A DNA stretch of 64,000 nucleotides from Bacteroidales bacterium. Lineage in GTDB: Bacteria; Bacteroidota; Bacteroidia; Bacteroidales; UBA3663. The notes under the pieces were generated by a model. The model was not told where the DNA came from. It saw only the letters and a list, made by a program, of their open reading frames with translations, and searched no databases. Positions 30,883 through 40,407 of the stretch are shown in pieces; the first letter of the stretch is position 1; the number at the start of each line of letters is the position of its first letter. A program made the position numbers and the translations under genes. The stretch spans positions 31,427 to 95,426 of the forward strand of contig JAFWRO010000035.1 in NCBI GenBank assembly GCA_017519885.1. Reading direction: 5' to 3'.

Positions 30883-33012
30883 TCAATCGCGTCGCAGATG
30901 AATATCGAGCGGGATGTTCACCTTCAGGCAGATATTGCGGCCCATACCCGAGACACCCATTCGGCCTGTCACGGCATTGATGTCGGCATATTTCAGTCGG
31001 CTCAAATGCGACTGATAGACCTTGTCGAGCAGGTTCTGGCAGGTGAGCGACAACTCGATGCAGTTATGCCCCTTCAAGTGCAAATCCACACTGGCCGAAA
31101 GGCTCAGCAACGCATAGTCGGGCGTGGCAGTCTCAGTATCATCCACGCCATAGAAATGATCCTGCCGGAAATTATATTCCATACCGAAAGCGAGATAGGA
31201 ACGACGGAAGTGGCTGCGTCCGAAGTCCTTGAAATTGTAGCGCAAATCCATATTCCATCGTGGAGCCGGAATCATGGGCAGATACTTGCCCTCGTCGTGA
31301 CGATGCAGCTGACGTGCCTCGACAATGCTCAGCGAGTTCTCGAAGTGGAAGGCATTGACCGGATGCAGGTCGATGCTGACTTCGCCACCCACAAGCTGGG
31401 CATCACCCTGGCGATACTGATAGGTCTGATATCCTTCGGTCAGGACTCCCGCCAACTTCGAGAGGTAGATGTAGTTCTCGATGCGATTGGCGAAAAGGGC
31501 TGCCTGCAGGCTGACCCAATGCGTGGTGTAATCCATGCCAAGGTCGAGCTGCTGACTGACCTCTGCCTTGAGTCGGTCGTTACCAAGTTCATATTGGATA
31601 CTTCCCTCGTGCACACCATTTGCCGACAGTTCGCTGACTGTCGGTGCACGGAAGCCACGTGCCCAGTTAAGCCTGAGGTTGAGCGCGTCGTTGACATTCC
31701 ACACAGCGCCAAGGCTGCCGGTGACACCCGTGAAGCTCTTGTCGAGGGCCTCGAAAACCTGTTCGTCGTCTTCGCGAAGAGCTTCGGTCTTGAGCGAACG
31801 CCGATCCATACGCAAGCCGCCCGAAAGATGCCAATGTCCGAGCTGGCGATTGGCAGTCACAAAAGCGCCGATGTCGAACAGATGGTAATCGGGAATCAGG
31901 AACTCCTCCCCCTCGTTGACGTTTTTCTGCCACATGCCACCTACGCCTGTGGCCATCCTCCAGTCATGGGGGAGTTGAAGCTGGTATTTCACGTCGTAGT
32001 TCACAGTGAGGAGCTTCATGGCGAGTTCAGCCTCATCGAGCGACTCCTCGAACTCGCGACGAAAGTTGCGCTGATACCCCACGATGGCCTTCAGCTGGCC
32101 AGTCCCCAATTGCCAGGCATTATCGCTGACCACCTTTGTATGAAGTACGCGCTGTGAAGGCAGTTGCACGCCATAACCTTTAGCTGTATTGCCTTCTTCC
32201 CAGACCAGTTCACCAGTCTGCTCGTCACGCTCACCTTCGACGATGCCGGGGCGGAAGTCAACGTGAGTAAGACGGAGCCAACTGTGACCCCATTCCTTGC
32301 TGATGCCCAACATACCCTGAAGGTCGCGCTCCTTGAACCACGAACCGGGCACATAGCCATCGCAATCATTATGATAGGTATGGGCTGCCTTGTCGGTGTA
32401 ATGCCAGTTCCAAACAAAACCACGTACATTGCCTGCAAAGCCGATAACGTTTTCCCACAATCCCGGGTTCGACTGATACTCGCTGCCCACATGTACTTGC
32501 ATCACACCTTCGTCGAGCACGGGTTCGGGATGCAGTATCATCACTCCTGCGATGGCATCACTCCCATACATCAGCGAAGCGGGACCTTTGAGAATTTCGA
32601 CCGAATGGACCGCAGCGGAGGCTACTTCGAGACCATGCTCATCGCCCCACTGCTGTCCCTCCTGGCGTATTCCCTGGTCAACTACCACCACGCGATTGTA
32701 GCCCAAGCCACGAATTACGGGTTTTGAGATACCCGTGCCAGTGCTGATCTGCGAAAGACCCGGTTGGCGGCTGATGGCATCAATCAGGTTGCTACCCGTA
32801 CTGCGAAGCAGATCTTCGGGCGACACCACCATAAAGGGTGCTGAAGCATCACGCAGACGCTGAGTGCCCGTGATGCCTGTCACTACGATTTCGTTCAGTA
32901 TCGCCTCTTTCATTGGGTCGATACTGTCGTTCACGAACGCACTGTGTTCGTGTATATCTTGCGCTGCCGCCGTTATCGACAGCAGTAGCATCGGTATAAA
33001 TAAATGTTTCAT
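30883..33012 (-). CDS. TonB-dependent receptor (plug + barrel), non-SusC type
   Basis: It has a signal MKHLFIPMLLLSITAAAQD, a plug (IVVTGITGTQRLRDASAPFMVV; ILKGPASLMYGSDAIAGVM) and barrel repeats. I moved the start to the internal ATG. Confidence 0.9.
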   Translation of the reverse strand: MKHLFIPMLLLSITAAAQDIHEHSAFVNDSIDPMKEAILNEIVVTGITGTQRLRDASAPFMVVSPEDLLRSTGSNLIDAISRQPGLSQISTGTGISKPVIRGLGYNRVVVVDQGIRQEGQQWGDEHGLEVASAAVHSVEILKGPASLMYGSDAIAGVMILHPEPVLDEGVMQVHVGSEYQSNPGLWENVIGFAGNVRGFVWNWHYTDKAAHTYHNDCDGYVPGSWFKERDLQGMLGISKEWGHSWLRLTHVDFRPGIVEGERDEQTGELVWEEGNTAKGYGVQLPSQRVLHTKVVSDNAWQLGTGQLKAIVGYQRNFRREFEESLDEAELAMKLLTVNYDVKYQLQLPHDWRMATGVGGMWQKNVNEGEEFLIPDYHLFDIGAFVTANRQLGHWHLSGGLRMDRRSLKTEALREDDEQVFEALDKSFTGVTGSLGAVWNVNDALNLRLNWARGFRAPTVSELSANGVHEGSIQYELGNDRLKAEVSQQLDLGMDYTTHWVSLQAALFANRIENYIYLSKLAGVLTEGYQTYQYRQGDAQLVGGEVSIDLHPVNAFHFENSLSIVEARQLHRHDEGKYLPMIPAPRWNMDLRYNFKDFGRSHFRRSYLAFGMEYNFRQDHFYGVDDTETATPDYALLSLSASVDLHLKGHNCIELSLTCQNLLDKVYQSHLSRLKYADINAVTGRMGVSGMGRNICLKVNIPLDIHLRRD

Positions 33013-33090
33013 GCTTACTTTTCGGTGATTAATGAATGACCCAAGTTTCACAATTGTCAAACCTGGAGAATAAGATAAGAAAGAAATTAA

Positions 33091-33441
33091 TTACCGAAAA
33101 GCAGGTGGAGCTCGCAAGGAAATATACAGCACGACGCATGGATACCCTTCGGAAAGGGAGATACAGAATCGTACAATGTCGGAAGAAAAATAAGTTTTGT
33201 ATCCTGCTGTGTCTTCTCCCAGATATGGTACGGTAAGCCATTGGCACAGCATACACTCGCCACTGTTATCGTCGGCAGCGAGGAAATGCCCGCTATGAAA
33301 AACGTGGTGCTGGCAATCGGCACACTCGACAGTCGTCGGCACGATATAATGATGCACGTGGAGGACCTTCGTCCCCAACGACATCATCATGACGAGCAGC
33401 AAAACTACTGCGCTGAAAATCTGCCGGTGCCTGAGTTGCAT
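33091..33441 (-). CDS. Small membrane-anchored His/Cys-rich protein, about 116 aa
   Basis: Translation begins MQLRHRQIFSAVVLLLVMMMSLG.. followed by HVHHY, CADCQHHVFHSGH and CMLCQ. It has its own -7 box and lies directly upstream of the TonB-dependent receptor. Confidence 0.5.
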   Translation of the reverse strand: MQLRHRQIFSAVVLLLVMMMSLGTKVLHVHHYIVPTTVECADCQHHVFHSGHFLAADDNSGECMLCQWLTVPYLGEDTAGYKTYFSSDIVRFCISLSEGYPCVVLYISLRAPPAFR

Positions 33442-33462
33442 TCTTTGGGTTAATTTCGGGGC

Positions 33463-33470
33463 CAAAGATA
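33463..33470 (-). promoter_or_regulatory. -7 box TATCTTTG (minus strand) for the His/Cys-protein/TonB-receptor pair
   Basis: Plus-strand gccaaagatagac lies 22 nt upstream of the ATG at 33441. Confidence 0.5.
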
Positions 33471-33526
33471 GACATTTCCTGTCAATCATCCAAATATTTC
33501 AAGCAAAAAATGCAAATAGTCACCTT

Positions 33527-34765
33527 TCATCGCCAATCAATCCAACGGTTGACATCCACGCTGTCCTTGTAGAGCGGGGCTATGCTGATGTCACGCGTGT
33601 CGATGCTATCGTTGCCGAGCAGAAACTTCTCGATGAAGGCCTCCACTTCGGGGAACTGCGATTCGGGCAACTGGCAATGACCATGTCCATCAATGATAGA
33701 ATAGCCGATGCGGTCGGCGATGCCGAACTGCTCCCACACCTTACGTGCCGCATTGACCGAGACGTAGGCCGAAAGATCGGCGAGCCACTTGAAGTCGGGA
33801 TTGCCCAACATCAGGAAAGCACGCGGACAGATGAGGGCGCAGAGTTCGTGGTGATCGTAGGGCAGGTGATAGACACTGTCGCCATGGAAGTTCTCTCGAA
33901 GGCTTTCGAGGAACCAATGGTAGTCGGTGCGGTCGAGGTCCTCCACGCCCTCCATCTCATGCGAGACGCGCCAGGCGGCAGCACCCCCTCCACCGGGCTC
34001 CTGAGCGATGGTCAGCGCCACTCGCTCGTCGAAAGCGCCGCAGAAGAGCGCCATCTTGCCGGCATATGAGCAACCTGTCACGCCGATGTGCTGCGTGTCG
34101 ATCTTCGTTACTTCGGGCCCCAGCTGCTGCAGGCCATCGATCAGTCGGCTCAGGCCCCATGCCCATTCGCTATAGGCGCCATTATCGATCAATTCGGGAT
34201 AGAGGCGCGTGAAGCCGTACTTCGTGCGGTCCAGCTCGCCCCTGAACTGCGAGTAGCCGCACACCTGCCGCTCGTGGTAAGTCATCAGCGCAATAGGACG
34301 CTCGGCAAAGATGGAGCCGGGCAGCGAGATATGGCTTGTGCCGATCATGAGCGGATAGGGCGGCTGCCCCGACGTGGGATAGGTGATGAGCGAGCTCAAA
34401 GTGAGCGTCTCGTCGCCGACAGTGACATCGACGAAGAGCGTATCGCCCGCCATGCGCGCCTTGACCTGACCCGCCTCGACGCTGGGCTTGGTGCCGATCT
34501 CATAATGCTGTATCTCCTGGGCAATCTCGGCGCGGCGACGCGACCACGAGGCGAAGTCCTCAGCGCGTCCCGACCCGTCGCTCCATGCCAAAGGGTCGGT
34601 CAAACCCATGACGCGAGGCAATGCATCGCGTGCAGGCATCGTCGGTGCAGCAAATGCTGCTCCTGTGTTCTCAACGTCATAGACAAGGGGCACCTCCGTC
34701 TCTTTCGGAGCCGTACAGGCTGCAAGCGCCATCAGCGCAACAGCGACAAGAAAAGAATTTTTCAT
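33527..34765 (-). CDS. CE15-like glucuronoyl esterase (lipoprotein)
   Basis: It has the nucleophile motif GVTGCSYAGKMAL (family GCSRxGK), QEPGGGGAAAWR, and a catalytic His in DGHGHCQLP. Confidence 0.65.
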   Translation of the reverse strand: MKNSFLVAVALMALAACTAPKETEVPLVYDVENTGAAFAAPTMPARDALPRVMGLTDPLAWSDGSGRAEDFASWSRRRAEIAQEIQHYEIGTKPSVEAGQVKARMAGDTLFVDVTVGDETLTLSSLITYPTSGQPPYPLMIGTSHISLPGSIFAERPIALMTYHERQVCGYSQFRGELDRTKYGFTRLYPELIDNGAYSEWAWGLSRLIDGLQQLGPEVTKIDTQHIGVTGCSYAGKMALFCGAFDERVALTIAQEPGGGGAAAWRVSHEMEGVEDLDRTDYHWFLESLRENFHGDSVYHLPYDHHELCALICPRAFLMLGNPDFKWLADLSAYVSVNAARKVWEQFGIADRIGYSIIDGHGHCQLPESQFPEVEAFIEKFLLGNDSIDTRDISIAPLYKDSVDVNRWIDWR

Positions 34766-34812
34766 GCTGAAAAGACTTTATATTTATAAATATAGAAACG
34801 GTCAAATACGGA

Positions 34813-36093
34813 TTATTTTGACTCGGCATTGTTCAGGCTGGCAGCTTCCTTGCCGATTTTCAAGTACCGTCCGTACGTCAGCATACGCCACACCCACTCC
34901 AACAGGCCGTATTGGAACCAGCTTAACCACAGGCGGGCTACAATGGCTTCGAAGATATAGATGCCGAGGGCGATGAGCAGGACGTGGCCCAGACCGATGT
35001 AGGCGCCGAGGCCGAAGCCGATGCCATAGAACAGCAGCATACCGAGCAGGGTCTGGCCGATGTAGCACGAGAGGGCCATCCGTCCGGGAGCGGCGAAGAA
35101 GCGGGTGAGGCTCGTCTCGCCCCAACGGAGATAGGCAAGGGCGATGGCAGCGACATAGCCGAAAGCAAGCGGAAAGACGCTGAGCGTGTAGAGCAGCGTG
35201 TGGATGGTGAGTCCCCAGGGATGATGCTCCATGCAGCTGTGCGCATAGATGAAGCTAAGGGGCAGGCCCCACACGAGGCCCACCGTCAGCACGCGATGCA
35301 GCATGGGGCGGATCTCCTCAAGCCGCGCATACAGACGGTTTCGGCCCACATAGAAACCGAGCACAAACAGCCCCAGCACCTTGAAGTAGTGGTTGCCGTC
35401 GATAAACTCCGTCATCCGCTCGAAGGCTCCCTGCACGAGGAACTGCAGCACGCCCACGTACGACGTCTGTTCCTGCAGCCAGTAGGCATAGCGCTCCTCG
35501 CTGATGCCGAACACGCCACAATAATGCCACATCCGCTCGCCGAACCACGCCGAAGGATGCAGCCCAAAGCCTTCCACTACGTCATCGACCCCTACGGGCG
35601 CCAACAGCAACACCGCTGCCCACGCGAGCAGCGCTCGATTGGAGCAGCGACGGAACAGCGGCAGCAGCATCCCCATCAGGGCGTAGAGCGCCAGGATGTC
35701 GCCGCTCCACAGGAAAAGCAAGTGCACAAGGCCAATGAGCAGCAGCACCGTCATGCGGCGATAGAAGATGCGGAAGCCATCGGCACCACGCAGCGCGGCA
35801 TTGGCAATGATGATCGAAAAGCCCATGCCGAACAGGAGCGAGAACAGCGTGTAGAACTTGCCATCGACCAGCAGATAGAGCAGCCAGTGGCACCCTCGGT
35901 CGAGCGCGGCTGTCGGCAGGGCGGCCTGCGCCTCGTCGCTGAGGAACGTCCACAGCGAGAACTCGGGGAAGTTGGCAAGCACAATGCCCAACAGCGCAAA
36001 GCCTCGCAATGCATCGAGGATGATGTAGCGCTGCCTGACTGCGACAGGGGCACCCTGCAACGATGTGCCGTTAGTATGTTGTCCGTTGTCCAT
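34813..36093 (-). CDS. DUF418/YeiB-like polytopic membrane protein
   Basis: It shows RYIILDALRGFALLGIVLANF and about 10 TM segments. Confidence 0.8.
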   Translation of the reverse strand: MDNGQHTNGTSLQGAPVAVRQRYIILDALRGFALLGIVLANFPEFSLWTFLSDEAQAALPTAALDRGCHWLLYLLVDGKFYTLFSLLFGMGFSIIIANAALRGADGFRIFYRRMTVLLLIGLVHLLFLWSGDILALYALMGMLLPLFRRCSNRALLAWAAVLLLAPVGVDDVVEGFGLHPSAWFGERMWHYCGVFGISEERYAYWLQEQTSYVGVLQFLVQGAFERMTEFIDGNHYFKVLGLFVLGFYVGRNRLYARLEEIRPMLHRVLTVGLVWGLPLSFIYAHSCMEHHPWGLTIHTLLYTLSVFPLAFGYVAAIALAYLRWGETSLTRFFAAPGRMALSCYIGQTLLGMLLFYGIGFGLGAYIGLGHVLLIALGIYIFEAIVARLWLSWFQYGLLEWVWRMLTYGRYLKIGKEAASLNNAESK

Positions 36094-36139
36094 TTGCCTA
36101 CTTAAACATATTTAATATATGAATACTATAAATCGGGCA

Positions 36140-36147
36140 CAAAGATA
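36140..36147 (-). promoter_or_regulatory. -7 box TATCTTTG (minus strand) for the DUF418-like gene
   Basis: Plus-strand gcacaaagatagta. Confidence 0.45.
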
Positions 36148-36242
36148 GTACATTATTTGTCAAATACCAACTTTTTGGGGAGAAAACGAGCCATCTTCTC
36201 ATTTTTCGACCCTGATAATGACCGACATCTTGAAAAAAAGCG

Positions 36243-36250
36243 TATATTTG
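36243..36250 (+). promoter_or_regulatory. -7 box TATATTTG for ftsH
   Basis: gcgTATATTTGccgtg lies about 49 nt upstream of the ATG at 36299. Confidence 0.45.
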
Positions 36251-36298
36251 CCGTGCTTTTTTTGAAAGAATTGCTTCATCACCTTAAAACGTAAAACA

Positions 36299-38155
36299 AT
36301 GAAAAAGAATCAGAACGGAACCCCGCAGCAGAATCCGCCTTCATGGTTCAACTGGAAGACCATAGGCTGGATGATGCTTACGCTGACGCTATTCAACTGG
36401 CTGCTCTACCCCATCATCGGGCGCAACCAGATCACGAACACCGACTACACCTCGTTCGTCGCTAGTGTCGATAGTGCGCAAGTCAAGAGTGTGACCATCA
36501 AGGACGGCATCATCTACTACACCAAGCCCGACGCACAAGGCAAGGACCGATACTTCACGACGACCGAAGTCAACGACCCCGGTCTGGTCGATCGGCTGCT
36601 GCAGGCCAAGAGCCCCAGCGAAAGCGGCAAAGTCGAATTTTCACAGACACCACCCGAGAAAAATTCTCCGCTGCTCGATTTCTTCCTGTGGTGGATACTG
36701 CCGGGCTTCCTGTTCTACTGGATATGGCAAGGTGCCTCGCGACGCATGATGAAGGGCGGCGCTGGAGGCAACTTCCTGTCATTCGGGCAGAGCGGTGCCA
36801 AGCTCTATGCCGAGGATGACGTCAAGACGACGTTTGCCGACGTAGCCGGACAGGACGAGGCCAAGGCCACGCTGAAGGAGATTGTCGATTTCCTCCACAA
36901 TCCCGCCAAATACACCGAACTGGGTGCCAAGCTGCCCAAGGGAGCCCTGCTCGTAGGCCCTCCAGGCACAGGCAAGACCTTGATAGCACGTGCCGTGGCC
37001 GGCGAGGCCAAGGTGCCCTTCTTCTCCATCTCGGGTTCCGAGTTTGTGCAGATGTTTGTGGGCATGGGTGCCGCCAAGGTGCGCGACCTCTTCAAGCAGG
37101 CCGGCGAGAAGGCCCCGTGCATCATCTTCATCGACGAGATTGACGCCATCGGCAAGAGCCGCGACTCGAGCATGGGCAACGACGAGCGCGAACAGACGCT
37201 CAACCAGCTGCTCACCGAGATGGGCGGCTTCGACGGCAACAAGGGCCTGGTCATCCTCGCTGCCACTAACCGTCCCGAGACGCTCGACAAGGCGCTGCTC
37301 CGACCCGGCCGATTCGACCGCCGCGTCATCATGGAGCTGCCCGACCTCGAGGGACGCAAGGCCATCCTGGCCGTCCACCTCAAGAAGGTGAAGCATAGCG
37401 AAATCGACATGGATGTGGTAGGACGTGCCACAGCCGGCTCCAGTGGTGCCGACATCGCCAACATCGTCAACGAGGCTGCCCTGCATGCCGTGCGTCTGGG
37501 CAAGTCGCAGGTCGAGACGGCCGACCTTGAGGAGAGCGTCGAGACCGTCATCGCCGGCGAACAGAAGAAGGGTGCCGTCATCTCGCCCGACGAGAAACGC
37601 ATCATCGCCTATCACGAGATAGGCCACGCCATGGTGGCCGCCTGCCAGAGTCATTCGGCTCCCGTGCAGAAGATCACCATCATCCCGCGCACCAGCGGTG
37701 CCCTGGGCTACACCATGCAGGTCGATGAGGGCGAGAAGCACCTGATGAGCCGCGACGAACTGCTGAACCGCATCGCCACGCTCACGGGCGGACGTGTGGC
37801 CGAAGAGGTACTGTGTCACACCTGCACCACCGGCGCCAGCAACGACATCGAGAAGGCCACCCAGCTGGCCCGCGCCATGATCACCACCTACGGCATGAGC
37901 GACAAGTTCGGCATGATGCAGCTCGAACAGCAGACCAATCGCTACCTGGGCGGCAACTCGACGCTCACCTGCTCGCCCGAGACCGGCCGCGAGATCGACA
38001 ACGAGGTGCGCGACATCATCAGCCAAGCCTATCAGAAGGCCGTGCAGCTCATCACCGAGCATGAAGCCGAGATGCACGCTGCCGCCGAGATTCTGCTCCG
38101 CAAGGAGACCATCACCGGCGAGGAGTTCATGAAGGTACTTGACAAAAAGAACTAA
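36299..38155 (+). CDS. ftsH: ATP-dependent zinc metalloprotease FtsH
   Basis: It has two N-terminal TM segments, Walker [18 protein letters not shown], the [24 protein letters not shown], and the zinc site HEIGHAM. Confidence 0.95.
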   Translation: MKKNQNGTPQQNPPSWFNWKTIGWMMLTLTLFNWLLYPIIGRNQITNTDYTSFVASVDSAQVKSVTIKDGIIYYTKPDAQGKDRYFTTTEVNDPGLVDRLLQAKSPSESGKVEFSQTPPEKNSPLLDFFLWWILPGFLFYWIWQGASRRMMKGGAGGNFLSFGQSGAKLYAEDDVKTTFADVAGQDEAKATLKEIVDFLHNPAKYTELGAKLPKGALLVGPPGTGKTLIARAVAGEAKVPFFSISGSEFVQMFVGMGAAKVRDLFKQAGEKAPCIIFIDEIDAIGKSRDSSMGNDEREQTLNQLLTEMGGFDGNKGLVILAATNRPETLDKALLRPGRFDRRVIMELPDLEGRKAILAVHLKKVKHSEIDMDVVGRATAGSSGADIANIVNEAALHAVRLGKSQVETADLEESVETVIAGEQKKGAVISPDEKRIIAYHEIGHAMVAACQSHSAPVQKITIIPRTSGALGYTMQVDEGEKHLMSRDELLNRIATLTGGRVAEEVLCHTCTTGASNDIEKATQLARAMITTYGMSDKFGMMQLEQQTNRYLGGNSTLTCSPETGREIDNEVRDIISQAYQKAVQLITEHEAEMHAAAEILLRKETITGEEFMKVLDKKN

Positions 38156-38173
38156 TCATCGGCATTCATACAG

Positions 38174-38207
38174 CAATCCCCTGCCTTTCGAAACAGGCAG
38201 GGGATTG
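38174..38207. terminator. Bidirectional hairpin terminator between convergent ftsH and the dipeptidase gene
   Basis: The stem CAATCCCCTGCCT/AGGCAGGGGATTG is 13 bp with an 8-nt loop. Confidence 0.7.
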
Positions 38208-38227
38208 TGTCGTATATATAGCTTGGC

Positions 38228-39709
38228 TTATGCTCCGTGGAACAGATACTCGGTCTCGATGTCGGCCGTGAGGCGAGACATCAGTTCGATCTCCAGCCCG
38301 TCAGCCACGTCGAGGGCCCGTTTGAGCAGGCGGTCGGAGAAACGCTGCAGCATGTCGCGTGCCTCCATGGGGCGCTCCTTATAAATGCTAAGGTATTCGG
38401 CCTCCATCTCGCGCTGCCGCTGGTCGTTCTCGGTTTCGAGGCGGGCGTAGGCGGCCTTGACGATGGGCGCATAGGCATTGTAGTTCGTCATGGCGAGTGT
38501 CATCACACGGCGGAATCTCCAGTAGGCCGAACGAGTGTCGGCGCGTCCCACACTGCCCATCATATAGGGCTTCGGATAGCTCCTGACGCCCTGATAGAGG
38601 GGCAGAAATACGCTGAGGTCGGCCATGCCGAAGGCCACAAATGAGATGCAGCCGATGGCCTTGGGCAACCACGGACGATATTGCATAATATGGGTCTGCT
38701 GGGTGCGGAAGATGCTGACGGGACGATAAGGTTCCTTTCCGTTCGAATGGAGGTAGGGATCGTGCTCCGTGCCGTCGTAGTGGAAACGGAAAGCAGTGCG
38801 CATATCCTGCAGCGTAATCTTGCGCTTGGCCTCAGCAAAGACGGGGAAGGTATTCTTCGTCACATCCTGCACCATATCGGGAGTGAACAGCTGCTGCAAT
38901 CCCCAGACACGCGGATAGTTGTAGGTGGTGTCGAGTTTTTCATCGCGCTGATATACCTCGTGGAAATCAAACTTGCCCTTGCCGTCCCATAATCCGTTCT
39001 CCTTGGCAAACTCCATCAGACGAGGAGCAGCCATAAAGTTATCCTTGTCGTTGGGATCATAGTCGCGGTAACGACTTTGGTTGCCTGTCACAAAATACTT
39101 GTCCTTGGGGATACGGGTAGCGAGCCAGAGGTGACCGCAGCAGTTCTCGAGATACCAAGTCTCGTTCTCGTCAATGAAGCCGATGCCGAAGCCTTCAGCC
39201 GAACCGTAATATTCGATGAGCGAACCCAGTCGGGCCACACCTTCACGTGCAGTGTGAATATAAGGCAAAACGATGTTGAACGTGCAGTTTTCGGCAAGTC
39301 CGTCAGCCACATAGGGGTCTTTTGCCAAAGCCTTGTCGCTACTGAATATGGTCTCGGTGGAACTCATACCGACACCTGCCGAATTGAAACCACAGCTGCC
39401 CCATTCGCCTGGGAACTGGGTGTCGGGCATCGCCGTATAACCCAATGCCTTCTTCGGCAACGGGCAACGGAAAGCACTGTCCTTGGCCTCGAATTCCTCG
39501 GGACCGAAATCGGTATCTTCATGCACCTCGAAGTTGATTGAAGTCATCGATGTGAAGTCACTCGAACGGCCCATCAATCGGCTGCCGTCTGCACTCTGCT
39601 CTTCACCTACAATGATAGTCGTACACTCGGAAGTAAGTTTGTTCTCGCGCTTTGTTTCGTCTTTTTTCATATCGGTATTGTTTGGTTTATTATAACTATA
39701 ATAACGCAT
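38228..39709 (-). CDS. C69-family dipeptidase
   Basis: It has the N-terminal nucleophile context ...SECTTIIVGEEQSADGSRLMGRSSD, and its length and C-terminal helical region are typical. The start is ambiguous (39709 or 39670). Confidence 0.85.
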   Translation of the reverse strand: MRYYSYNKPNNTDMKKDETKRENKLTSECTTIIVGEEQSADGSRLMGRSSDFTSMTSINFEVHEDTDFGPEEFEAKDSAFRCPLPKKALGYTAMPDTQFPGEWGSCGFNSAGVGMSSTETIFSSDKALAKDPYVADGLAENCTFNIVLPYIHTAREGVARLGSLIEYYGSAEGFGIGFIDENETWYLENCCGHLWLATRIPKDKYFVTGNQSRYRDYDPNDKDNFMAAPRLMEFAKENGLWDGKGKFDFHEVYQRDEKLDTTYNYPRVWGLQQLFTPDMVQDVTKNTFPVFAEAKRKITLQDMRTAFRFHYDGTEHDPYLHSNGKEPYRPVSIFRTQQTHIMQYRPWLPKAIGCISFVAFGMADLSVFLPLYQGVRSYPKPYMMGSVGRADTRSAYWRFRRVMTLAMTNYNAYAPIVKAAYARLETENDQRQREMEAEYLSIYKERPMEARDMLQRFSDRLLKRALDVADGLEIELMSRLTADIETEYLFHGA

Positions 39710-39789
39710 TCTCGCGAAGATTATTGTCCAATTTAGCTATAAAGCGTAATTTTTTAGGAAAAACATACTGAATTCTAAAAAAAAATCAT

Positions 39790-39797
39790 TATCTTTG
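39790..39797 (+). promoter_or_regulatory. -7 box TATCTTTG
   Basis: catTATCTTTGcagcgc lies 14 nt upstream of the ATG at 39811. Confidence 0.5.
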
Positions 39798-39810
39798 CAG
39801 CGCACTCCAA

Positions 39811-40278
39811 ATGGCAAACAATATGAGAACCCGCACACTCCTCGTCATCCTACTGATGGCAATTTGTTTCATCGTCAAAGCCGCCGACGGCACAACGACC
39901 TACAACGGCACATTATCGAACATCCAAATGAATGACAAGACGTTTCCTGCCCTGCCCGACAAGACGTTCACCCTCACTTTGTCATCTGCCGACAAGGGAG
40001 TCATTGACGGCGAAGTGGGAAGAATCGGCAAGATGCCGGGCACACTGCATTTCACCATTCCCGTGACCCTGGCTCCCGACGGCACGCTGAAGGCGGCTAA
40101 AGGTATCGAAGCCGGCAAGATGACAATGAACATCGGCCTCACCCGCAAACTCGTGACCGAAGACTTCACGGGAAGTGTGCGCGACGGACAACTGCATTTC
40201 GTCCTCCATATCACCAGTTCGATGCTTGGCATCACTATGGCAGATGCCACGCTGACGTTCGATGGCGAATCGAAATGA
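39811..40278 (+). CDS. Secreted beta-rich protein, 155 aa, family unknown (lipocalin/calycin-like guess)
   Basis: It has a signal peptide and alternating beta-strand pattern, and sits at the head of the TonB-receptor locus. Confidence 0.55.
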   Translation: MANNMRTRTLLVILLMAICFIVKAADGTTTYNGTLSNIQMNDKTFPALPDKTFTLTLSSADKGVIDGEVGRIGKMPGTLHFTIPVTLAPDGTLKAAKGIEAGKMTMNIGLTRKLVTEDFTGSVRDGQLHFVLHITSSMLGITMADATLTFDGESK

Positions 40279-40356
40279 GTACCTAAAAACAGGTATTTTC
40301 ATCCGCCCGTTGCTCTTTTTTGCACCTTCGGAATGCGACTGTAAAGAAAAATCGAT

Positions 40357-40364
40357 TAACTTTG
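40357..40364 (+). promoter_or_regulatory. -7 box TAACTTTG
   Basis: gatTAACTTTGcagccc lies 44 nt upstream of the ATG at 40408. Confidence 0.45.
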
Positions 40365-40407
40365 CAGCCCATATCGCACAATAGTATTCATACAAATTGC
40401 ATACAGA

